From a virus: 64,000 nt of DNA. How positions within the stretch are numbered: position 1 is the first letter of the stretch; each line of letters opens with the position of its first letter. A program made the translations under genes and the position numbers. The stretch is taken from IMG/VR virus record IMGVR_UViG_3300010397_000005, positions 8,934 to 72,933 of that record, one strand, 5' to 3'. This document shows, piece after piece, positions 1 to 8,020 of this stretch. The notes under the pieces are model-generated. The model saw only the letters and a program-made list of their open reading frames with translations. It was not told where the DNA came from and ran no database searches.

Positions 1-1100
1 GCCCGCATGGACCACGACGCGCACTGGAGTATGCGATTACGCCGACGAGCACACAGGCTAAGGCATTGTTCCAGTGCACGCTATTCACCCCTGCGCAGGT
101 GTTCCGACTGCCCATCCTCACCGACTGGGTACCGCTCATGACGACCGCGAATGTCTCTGACGCGACCCTCGACTGCGACACGACGCTGCGAGATTTTGAG
201 ATCGGCAGCTACTGCACAACGTTCACCGACCCCTACGATCCAACGACATTCCAGTTCTTCAAAGTCACCTCACGCACTGACTCACAACTGGGAGTGAGTC
301 CGGCGGTAGGCACGGCGATTGCGAACGGGCTGGTAGCTCCGGCTCGACTGGCGCACTTGCCAAATGACGAATCACAACTGGAAGCGTACGTGATTGATCG
401 TGAGACTGGAGCACTCACTTTCGAGATCCTCGATACTGAGCTGAGTTCACGACGGGTGACGGCTTACAGTCCGACTTCCACTTACCAACCCAATTTGAGC
501 AAACCTGCCATCGAAGTATTCAGCCTCGACTCGGCGCGATTCGACGTGCTCGAACAGACGCAGTACTCCATTCGCCAGCGTCAACTAGGCACGGGCAATC
601 TCACTGGGAATGACTACTTTCGTGGGTTAGATACCGCAACTTCATCGACAATCCCGGCGCGGGTACTCTTGGTTTCACGCGAGGCATTAAGTGAGTTTTA
701 TGGCTGGCTGGAGGCACGACAGGGACGACAGAATCCAGTCTGGGTGCCGAGCAAGGAGAACGATCTTACCTTCATCGCTCGCGTCAGTGGTACAATACTT
801 CGAGTTGCGTCGGGCTACTCTTTCTACAATCTCCACTACGCCAGACGCGACGTCCAGCTCACTTACAGCGACGGTACTGTAGCAAATCGCCGCATCACAT
901 CAGTGGTGGATAATGGGAACGGAACCGAGGATATTGCAATGGCAAGTGTGCCGAGCGGGACAATTGAGGAAATCTCATGGCTGAGATTCTGCGTCGCACC
1001 GGACTCATTCGAACTGAGATTTCATCGCGATTTGAGCGTGCAAGGTGGAATGATCGTCGAGTGTGCGTGGGAATTCACTGAACTATTAACAACCCCCTGA
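1..1100 (+). CDS. Phage minor/distal tail protein, 5'-truncated by window edge
   Basis: Frame of the 66..1100 ORF stays open back to base 3 (PHGPRRALEY...). WLEARQGRQNPVWVPS resembles siphovirus minor tail proteins. Position before the lysis block. Confidence 0.6.
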   Translation, partial: PHGPRRALEYAITPTSTQAKALFQCTLFTPAQVFRLPILTDWVPLMTTANVSDATLDCDTTLRDFEIGSYCTTFTDPYDPTTFQFFKVTSRTDSQLGVSPAVGTAIANGLVAPARLAHLPNDESQLEAYVIDRETGALTFEILDTELSSRRVTAYSPTSTYQPNLSKPAIEVFSLDSARFDVLEQTQYSIRQRQLGTGNLTGNDYFRGLDTATSSTIPARVLLVSREALSEFYGWLEARQGRQNPVWVPSKENDLTFIARVSGTILRVASGYSFYNLHYARRDVQLTYSDGTVANRRITSVVDNGNGTEDIAMASVPSGTIEEISWLRFCVAPDSFELRFHRDLSVQGGMIVECAWEFTELLTTP

Positions 1101-1114
1101 AAGGATTGATTTAT

Positions 1115-3172
1115 ATGTCTATAACCAACAATCGTACAGGTATGAATTACACCAGCCTGCAACAAGCGATCAACGAAGCAGCAGGTGGAGACATCATCGC
1201 TCTCACTGCGGGCGTAGCGGTCATCGCCAACATCGTCTTGCCGAACAAGAACATCGACAAGGAGATCGTCATCCAGAGCGATCGGGCGAGTGAGTTGCCA
1301 GCGAGTGAGAGAATCAACCCCACGACACAAGGACAGTTACTCGCCAAGATTCAAGGCAGCGCGGCGGCTGAGCCTGTGATCAAAACCGCAGCAGGAGCGC
1401 ACCACTACAGGTTCGTCGGCATTGAGATCTCCACCGTGAGCGAATCCACCATCGTCTACGATCTGGTCCGTCTCGGCGAGGGCAGGCAAGTCCAGAACAC
1501 ACTCGACTCAGTCCCGCACCACCTCTCATTCGATCGTTGCTGGATTCACGGCTTCGCAGTGCAGGACGTGCAGCGCGGCATCTCCCTGCAATGCAGGGAG
1601 AGTGAGATAGCGAACTCCTACGTCTCCGATATCCACATGGTCGGAATCGAGGCGCAGGGAATCTGTGGCTGGAACGGGCCAGGGCCTTTCAGGATCGTCA
1701 ACAACTACATCGAAGCCTCTACACAGGGGATCTTGTTTGGCGGAGCAGATCCATTCTCCGAGTCGTTCACTCCTTCGAACATCAGCATCCTGCGCAACCA
1801 TGTATTCAAACCGTTGAGCTGGAAGGTGGACGATCCGTCTTACGCAGGCAAGCACTGGACCGTGAAGAACATCCTCGAACTGAAGAACGCAAAGAATGTG
1901 TTGATCGATGGCAACGTACTGGAAAATGTCTGGACCGACGGGCAGACTGGTATTCCGGTCCTATTCACCGTGCGCAATCAGGAATGCTCGGCTCCTTACT
2001 CGACGATCAGGAACGTGATTTTCACGAATAACGTCGTGAAGAACGCCAATGGCGGATTGAACTTTCTCGGGAAAGACAACGAAGCAGATCCGGCCTTCGG
2101 CAAGTGTCCCGGAGCCGCCGGAGGCTCAGTACGCGGCTCGGATGCGTTGATTGCCAATAACCTGTTTTACGACATTCACGGTCCTTTCCTCACGATCAAC
2201 GGCTTCGACAGTGTTACCCTCGACAGGAATACCCATGTCCAGCAAAGCAACTTGATGACGCTCTACGGCGAGCAGTCGAATGGATTCAGATATACCAATA
2301 ACCTAACTATAGACCATGATTACGGCATCTTCGGCGACGGCGGCACGAGTGGCTCGGCAGCGTTTGCGAAGTTCACGCCGGGTGCGGTAGTAACTGGCAA
2401 TACGATTGCTAAGCCTTACGACAAAGGTGCGTATCCGGCGGGGAACAATTACCCTGACACACTGGCAATCCCGCCCGATTGGCGCAGCCCGATCGTGGGA
2501 GTCGGCGCAGATATCGATCAGCTACTGGCCGCGCAGGGAGTTACAGGTACGCCGCTACCCATCCCAGATCCAGTCCCTACGCCAACTCCTACACCTGTTC
2601 CGCGACCAGCAGCGCTATACAAGCCGGGCGACACGATAAAACTCGACATGGACGGCGTATTCGTACGCAGTGGCCCATCTCTCTCACAGGGAGTAACAGG
2701 GACACAGTCAGCCAGTGTATTCGCAACAGTGAATAGTGAAGCCACGTGGGATGACACAGGCTCGAAGTATTTCTACAATCTCGACTTTGACTCGGGCGTT
2801 GACGGCTGGTGTCCCGAGGAGCATTTGGTTGCAGCAATGAGACCAGTGCCTACTCCGACGCCTGTGCCGACTCCCACACCCGTACCAATTCCACCGCTGC
2901 CCTGCACCATGCTCGTCAGCGTTGAGCCTCCTGTACTTGCTCAGTGGGGCACTGGAAAGCTCATAGTAAATATCTCCGGGCTGAGCGGGCCAGCAACTGT
3001 TCGGGTCACGGCGAGCACAGGACAGGTCAGCGTCAGCCCACTGTCGAAATCAGTTGCTCCCGGTGCGACCAGCGCGATTGTCGAGTTTTCTCTGCAATCA
3101 AAGAAGAAGTCGAGTAGCGTGGTGGTGACTGGGCCGTGTGGGACGCAGACAGTGATGATCAACGTGCGCTGA
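1115..3172 (+). CDS. Right-handed beta-helix (pectin-lyase-like) protein with PT linkers, SH3-like domain and C-terminal beta-sandwich
   Basis: SLQQAINEAAGGDII opening, Asn-ladder repeats (IVNNYIE, ILRNHV, IDGNVLEN, FTNNVV), two (PT)n linkers flanking VRSGPS...DFDSGVDGW. AAGGA 9 nt before ATG 1115. No signal peptide. Confidence 0.75.
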   Translation: MSITNNRTGMNYTSLQQAINEAAGGDIIALTAGVAVIANIVLPNKNIDKEIVIQSDRASELPASERINPTTQGQLLAKIQGSAAAEPVIKTAAGAHHYRFVGIEISTVSESTIVYDLVRLGEGRQVQNTLDSVPHHLSFDRCWIHGFAVQDVQRGISLQCRESEIANSYVSDIHMVGIEAQGICGWNGPGPFRIVNNYIEASTQGILFGGADPFSESFTPSNISILRNHVFKPLSWKVDDPSYAGKHWTVKNILELKNAKNVLIDGNVLENVWTDGQTGIPVLFTVRNQECSAPYSTIRNVIFTNNVVKNANGGLNFLGKDNEADPAFGKCPGAAGGSVRGSDALIANNLFYDIHGPFLTINGFDSVTLDRNTHVQQSNLMTLYGEQSNGFRYTNNLTIDHDYGIFGDGGTSGSAAFAKFTPGAVVTGNTIAKPYDKGAYPAGNNYPDTLAIPPDWRSPIVGVGADIDQLLAAQGVTGTPLPIPDPVPTPTPTPVPRPAALYKPGDTIKLDMDGVFVRSGPSLSQGVTGTQSASVFATVNSEATWDDTGSKYFYNLDFDSGVDGWCPEEHLVAAMRPVPTPTPVPTPTPVPIPPLPCTMLVSVEPPVLAQWGTGKLIVNISGLSGPATVRVTASTGQVSVSPLSKSVAPGATSAIVEFSLQSKKKSSSVVVTGPCGTQTVMINVR

Positions 3173-3256
3173 GCCGTACAAACGCAATAAACAGTGACTA
3201 TTTCGTGAAACTTTGTTAACCTGCGTGAGACGGGAAACCTCGCCAAAGGAGAACGC

Positions 3257-3754
3257 ATGAATCGACGAACCTTGCTGAAAATTGGCGGACTGGCGGCGGT
3301 TGGCGCAATGACAGTGGGTATCACTGCCTGCGGCGAGAAGATCTCCTTCTATGTCTCAACTGTCATCGGCTCTCTCCAAACACTCTCGCCGCTCATCCCC
3401 AGTGCGTCGGGGCTGATTACGAAAGCAGTCGCCGCAGCTAAAGCATTCGACGCAGCTTATCGCGCCGGGAAGTTTGCGGACGCGACAGCTTCGTTCACGA
3501 GTCTCGGCGAACTCGCGCTACAGATCGCAGGAGTAGTGGGAGTCGCTAGCCCACCAATTCTCGTCGCGATCTCCGTAGGCCGCGTAGCCCTGAACGCAAT
3601 CGCCCAGATTCTCAAGTCGCAAATGAAAGATCCGGTTATTGCGGGCATGGTCGCAGCGCGCAGCGACCCGGCGGCACAACGACAGAAGGCGATGATCGAG
3701 AGGATGGCTGACGATAAGATGATTGAGATGATCGTAGCTGCTTCGAGACCGTAA
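3257..3754 (+). CDS. Twin-arginine (Tat) lipoprotein
   Basis: MNRRTLLK twin-arginine motif, hydrophobic stretch, lipobox ITA-C. AAGGAG RBS. Confidence 0.7.
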   Translation: MNRRTLLKIGGLAAVGAMTVGITACGEKISFYVSTVIGSLQTLSPLIPSASGLITKAVAAAKAFDAAYRAGKFADATASFTSLGELALQIAGVVGVASPPILVAISVGRVALNAIAQILKSQMKDPVIAGMVAARSDPAAQRQKAMIERMADDKMIEMIVAASRP

Positions 3755-3789
3755 TAGCAAACGAGCCGCCAACGATTAAGGATGAGTAC

Positions 3790-3930
3790 ATGATCGACGG
3801 CCTCTATCGCGTAACCACTTCCTATCTCTGCGCGGGGTTCGTGGTGGCAGGCGGTCGAGTTACGACGTGCGCACCGATACTAAGACGCAGGATTAGTTAC
3901 TGGTACAGCATCGCGGAGAGGATCGCATGA
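3790..3930 (+). CDS. Small phage hypothetical protein (46 aa, below ORF-track cutoff)
   Basis: Manual translation MIDGLYRVTTSYLCAGFVVAGGRVTTCAPILRRRISYWYSIAERIA; AAGGA upstream; fills the gap. Confidence 0.55.
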   Translation: MIDGLYRVTTSYLCAGFVVAGGRVTTCAPILRRRISYWYSIAERIA

Positions 3931-3947
3931 TCGGCAACTAACAGGAG

Positions 3948-4208
3948 ATGTGCATGGCCCTGGTTTTTAAGTTCGACCCTGAGCAACTGGACAGGCTGAT
4001 CACGTCGATCAATAACCTCTCCGATAACCTCGCCAAGTGGCAAGGAGAGGAGATTCTCGCCATTGAACAAGGCTTCGCTAACCTCGTCTCGACCCTCGGC
4101 GGCGACGTGAACGAAGAAGTACAACAACGCATCGACGCAATCGCCAATTCCGTTAAGTCGGTCAAGGACAAATTGCAAACATCTGTAGATTCTCAAAAAG
4201 GAGACTGA
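3948..4208 (+). CDS. Small helical hypothetical protein
   Basis: AGGAG directly upstream; amphipathic helical pattern. Confidence 0.55.
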   Translation: MCMALVFKFDPEQLDRLITSINNLSDNLAKWQGEEILAIEQGFANLVSTLGGDVNEEVQQRIDAIANSVKSVKDKLQTSVDSQKGD

Positions 4209-4213
4209 AACTA

Positions 4214-4456
4214 ATGCCCGCAGATTTCACGACACTCGACACCGAGGTGGGAGAATTGACTTCCGTAGCAGATTCCGCCGTCGCACTCATGGACGGCTTC
4301 GATCAACGATTGAAAGACGCAATTGCCGCTGACAACCTAAGCGACAACACGAATGTCGCGCGACTCTCTACTGAGTTCAGCGCGCAGAAGCAGAAGCTCG
4401 CGGACGCCGTGACGCGCAACACCCCCGCGGCCACCGAGCCACCTGCTGAAGGCTAA
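4214..4456 (+). CDS. Small coiled-coil phage protein
   Basis: AGGAG RBS; heptad pattern ending LADAVTRNTP. Confidence 0.65.
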   Translation: MPADFTTLDTEVGELTSVADSAVALMDGFDQRLKDAIAADNLSDNTNVARLSTEFSAQKQKLADAVTRNTPAATEPPAEG

Positions 4457-4482
4457 CGCTTAACAGCTTAACCATTGCCCAA

Positions 4483-4923
4483 ATGCCTGACGAGGAATCC
4501 CCCGACACGTCTTTGAACGAACCAACCACGACGGACGCGCTACTGGAAACGGCGGCGCGGCCATTCCTTAGTTATTCGTTCCTGTTCAAGTCGTGGATGA
4601 GATCGAGCGATGCGAAGATTATCTCAGACGGGGAAACGATGTTCGCGGTCAACGAGGAGGTTTGCGCCACCTTTGGTTATCACCCTTCCGAATTAATCGG
4701 CAAGTGTGTTGACATGCTGCTGCCGCAGACGTTGAGACCCAAACATAAAGGCTTTCGCGAGGGCTACCGGGAGCATCCCATGAACAGGCCGATGGGAGCC
4801 AGCCGGACACTCAAGGGACTGCACAAGTCAGGGAGAGAATTCCCTGTAAAGATCGACCTGCTCTACAATACCGACGTGAACGAAACGCTTATTGAGGCTA
4901 CGATACGGAGAGTTGAAGGCTGA
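4483..4923 (+). CDS. Stand-alone PAS-domain protein (FixL-like)
   Basis: VNEEVCATFGYHPSELIGKCVDMLLP...RPKH...RPMG...GLHKSGREFPVKIDL is a PAS/PAC signature. Confidence 0.85.
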   Translation: MPDEESPDTSLNEPTTTDALLETAARPFLSYSFLFKSWMRSSDAKIISDGETMFAVNEEVCATFGYHPSELIGKCVDMLLPQTLRPKHKGFREGYREHPMNRPMGASRTLKGLHKSGREFPVKIDLLYNTDVNETLIEATIRRVEG

Positions 4924-5381
4924 AAGAGCTGTTACCATACGTCGGATTAGTGGCGCTGGCGCTGTCGGTTATTAACACCCTTTACCAGCGCAAGAAAGAC
5001 CAGCAAGGCGATTGGGGTAAGCAAATTAGTGACGCGGTTGCACCATTCAAGGGATTGCCGGAAGCGGTCAGTGAAATACGCGCTGAACTGCTGGTGCTAA
5101 AGAAGCAAGTAGAAGTGTTCTGGAAAGGGGTGAGTTTCTCGTCGGCACAAGCGCTGCATTCACCCCATACTCAGGAACTGGACGAACTGCTGGAGAAGTT
5201 CCAGCGCGATGAGATTCAAAGTGAGAAAGATCTGGAGAAATTGAAGTCAATGCTACGCGAGGTGGTTGAGAGCGATCCCAGCCCGATACGCAAGAAGTAC
5301 GCACTGGATATTCTTACTTTGATTCATGTCAGGTTTGAGATTGGCGGTGATTTGGTAGCTGCCATGCGAGGTTCGAGGTAG
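4920..5381 (+). CDS. Single N-terminal TM plus coiled-coil protein (holin/spanin-region candidate); probable CTG start
   Basis: Frame extends from GTG 4950 to CTG 4920, completing LLPYVGLVALALSVINTLY. GGAG at 4907-4910. Confidence 0.55.
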   Translation: MKELLPYVGLVALALSVINTLYQRKKDQQGDWGKQISDAVAPFKGLPEAVSEIRAELLVLKKQVEVFWKGVSFSSAQALHSPHTQELDELLEKFQRDEIQSEKDLEKLKSMLREVVESDPSPIRKKYALDILTLIHVRFEIGGDLVAAMRGSR

Positions 5382-5649
5382 CCGGAATTTGGATAGACTC
5401 CCGCGATGAATTTCAACCGTGATACTAAACGGAACTTTCAGTGGTACACACTCACGCGTACTACGATCTGATTAAAAGGGAGACGAGGAGAACAATGTCA
5501 AGCAATCGCCCAGATGATAAACCGGTTGATACGCCGCCGAGTGGGAAGCCAGTGGAGCCACAGACACCCAGCCCGCAGGGACCACCGCCGAGGCCCAGAG
5601 AAGGCGGCGACGTGCCGGGACCGGGTAAAGGTGGTGGAGGTTAAGCCAC

Positions 5650-6087
5650 GTGTTCGAGGACGAGATAAAATCAGCTTATATCGTATTTCAAACGAAAAGT
5701 CTTGACGACGACCCGCACGTCCCGCGTCTAGTCAAGTGGCTGCTCCGGCGCATCTATCATCGCTACGGCTGGACCGCGATGGACCATGACGGGAAGTCGT
5801 ACTGCAAGTGGGAATTTATCGGAATTTACGACACGGCAACAGGGGCTCGCTGGGCCGCGATGGTGCCGGGCGGGAGCTGGATGGAGTTACCGCTGAACGA
5901 ATCCCTGCCCGAGGAGACCAGCCAGTTTCGCAATCACGACTTCCCGCGCTCGTCCGTCTCATCCGAATATCGCAACCGTCAACTACCCTTCGTCACAGTG
6001 GCCCGGAAAGACTTCGAGGCACTGGACGAAAAGACTCTACAGACTCTCAACTGCGCTCACGGAAAGTGTGACCCACGAGTTGTATGA
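5650..6087 (+). CDS. Hypothetical protein
   Basis: GGAGG upstream; colinear with the cassette. Confidence 0.55.
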   Translation: MFEDEIKSAYIVFQTKSLDDDPHVPRLVKWLLRRIYHRYGWTAMDHDGKSYCKWEFIGIYDTATGARWAAMVPGGSWMELPLNESLPEETSQFRNHDFPRSSVSSEYRNRQLPFVTVARKDFEALDEKTLQTLNCAHGKCDPRVV

Positions 6088-6090
6088 GAT

Positions 6091-6561
6091 ATGCAGGATA
6101 CCCTCACTACGCCAGCATGGCTCCAGACTGCTCTCGGGTGGCTAGCATCGTTTATTACAGGGGCCACTATCTTCAAGCTGGTCGAGATTTGGCTCAATCG
6201 CAAGAAACCCGCCGCAGAACTCCATGTTACCCAAGCCACCGCTAACGAGATAACGGCCAGATCGAACTGGACCGCCGGGGACGCCATTATGCGTATGATG
6301 ACACGGCTGGACGAGGCGCAGACGACGATCGACAGGCTACGTAGTGAACGAGACGAGTGGGAGATGAAGGCGTTTGATTTACAAGTGGAATTGAAAGACT
6401 CGCGCACGGCCAATGGACTGCTGCTGTCACAAGCCAAGCTGGACAACTACTATATCCGCAAGCAGGCGGCGTTTATTGAAGCGCGGAGCTTGAAGGAGGA
6501 GTTTCTTAAGCTGGATGAAGTGAAGTGGAAGGAGCCTGCCAGCGGCGAGATTAATGAATAG
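6091..6561 (+). CDS. N-terminal TM plus coiled-coil protein (holin/i-spanin-like topology)
   Basis: ALGWLASFITGATIFKLVEIWL followed by NRKK and a long heptad region. Confidence 0.55.
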   Translation: MQDTLTTPAWLQTALGWLASFITGATIFKLVEIWLNRKKPAAELHVTQATANEITARSNWTAGDAIMRMMTRLDEAQTTIDRLRSERDEWEMKAFDLQVELKDSRTANGLLLSQAKLDNYYIRKQAAFIEARSLKEEFLKLDEVKWKEPASGEINE

Positions 6562-6562
6562 C

Positions 6563-6590
6563 AAAGAGAGACGCCTCATGCGACGCCTCT
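6563..6590 (-). terminator. Putative intrinsic terminator of the minus-strand arm
   Basis: Minus strand AGAGGCGTC-GCATGA-GGCGTCTCT followed by CTTT, between convergent genes. Confidence 0.45.
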
Positions 6591-6612
6591 CCTTCTCTCT
6601 ACCCACCTTCCT

Positions 6613-6858
6613 TCAATCATTATTCGGCGAACACCCGTTCGCTCTCACGCACATGGTCCACCACGTCTTCTCATCCAGTGCGCAATTCTCGGTACTGCCG
6701 CCGCCGGAGATGCAGGCGTTGTAGATCGAGGCTGACGCCTCCCCGCAGGTCCAGCGCACTTCGTTGCAGTCTTCGCAGTGCGCGGCAGGAGTGGTTGAAG
6801 TTAGTGATAAGCCAGCGATGGCGAGCAGCATGAACAGGGTTAGGATTAGTTTTCGCAT
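6613..6858 (-). CDS. Small secreted Cys-rich protein
   Basis: Sec-type signal MRKLILTLFMLLAIAGLSL; 7 Cys in ~55 mature residues; AAAGGA RBS. Confidence 0.7.
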   Translation of the reverse strand: MRKLILTLFMLLAIAGLSLTSTTPAAHCEDCNEVRWTCGEASASIYNACISGGGSTENCALDEKTWWTMCVRANGCSPNND

Positions 6859-7000
6859 TTGAGTTTCCTTTCGTTTGTTGGATTGACCCGTGTGTCACCG
6901 CCTGAAGCGTCTCTCCTGCTCTCTTTCTCAATGTTGCTCCATACCCCAGCCAGATTGCCATTGGCTGAAAATCAGCAACTTTGTTAACTTGACTTTCCTT

Positions 7001-7621
7001 TCAACTCGTTCCTCCTTTCAAAGTTGAATTTGAATACTTCCCTGCTTGTTCGAAAGTGCTTGGTGAAGTAGTAGTAAGCGCGACTCGCCCCATAATTCCA
7101 GTGCCGGGAAACAGATCAACGACTTCGTCGCCGAGTTGGACGTTCAGCAGCTCAAGTATCCAACGACAGACCGCCTCCGGTTTCGCGCCCGTCAGTCCCT
7201 TCCTGAGCGTGATCGGCTCCTTGATTGCAGGCGAGTCGATCTCAGTTATGAAGAAGTCCTTCGGCGTATTTTGCTTCCCGTTGCGTTCAGGGGGATCGTG
7301 TCGATGACCGTTACTCGGGTTGCGTCCACCGTAGAAAATAACAGGCTCCCACATATACGCAGGCCGGACACCCTTCTTGAACGCACCAAACGATTTCACC
7401 CACGCGCCTACTCGATGACCATCAGGACAGAAAGGTAGAATTGACTTTAGACTCGGAGTGCTGGCTGACAGCGCCCAGCCATCAGGGAAATCTCGCTGAA
7501 GTCTCGTAATCAGCCGTGCGTGCGTATCCACGTCGTTCCAGCACAGACCGTCAGGGTGGGAGTGATCGTAGAGTGCGCAACAACCTAAATAAGGAGGATC
7601 TGCGTAAGCGAATCTCATCAC
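7001..7621 (-). CDS. DNA amino-methyltransferase (N6-A/N4-C, beta-class order)
   Basis: N-terminal YADPPY catalytic motif; C-terminal KP...VVDLFPGTG SAM motif. Confidence 0.85.
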   Translation of the reverse strand: MMRFAYADPPYLGCCALYDHSHPDGLCWNDVDTHARLITRLQRDFPDGWALSASTPSLKSILPFCPDGHRVGAWVKSFGAFKKGVRPAYMWEPVIFYGGRNPSNGHRHDPPERNGKQNTPKDFFITEIDSPAIKEPITLRKGLTGAKPEAVCRWILELLNVQLGDEVVDLFPGTGIMGRVALTTTSPSTFEQAGKYSNSTLKGGTS

Positions 7622-8020
7622 TTCTCCTTCACGTAATCCGGCTGGGCGCGCTCGTACCAGTCCCGCAAACGTCGTTCTCGATCAAGCCGTCGTTCGCGGT
7701 TAGCTCGGCGTTCGTTTTCCGTCGCAGGTCGCGTACCCCACGAGGACGTACAGGCGCAGCCAGCGTAACTCGCAATATCAGGATTCTGTTGGTGGAACGG
7801 ACAGGTGTAGCGAGTGCTTATTGCTACGTAGCTGTCAGGGTCGTGAACGATTAGCATGGTTATTTCTCCTTTGCATGATTTGGCAGCGACTTATCCAGCA
7901 CCGCATCCCGATCCAGTAATGGCGCTCCGGTGTCGTGGATGTTCGTGCGTGGTAGTCCTTCTCGCTCCGCATCAGACTGCCACGACTGGGGCTCGGGCTG
8001 AGGTTTATCGAGGGTGTCAG

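Noticed and set aside
2550-2900. Tandem DNA repeats in the beta-helix gene
   Set aside because: They are degenerate codons for Pro-Thr linkers, not a DNA-level element.
3209-6988. 12-bp direct repeat AACTTTGTTAAC at 3209-3220 and 6977-6988 as att or cassette ends
   Set aside because: Short and AT-rich with no integrase seen. The first copy is explained as an extended -10 (TGtTAACCT), and a chance match is plausible.
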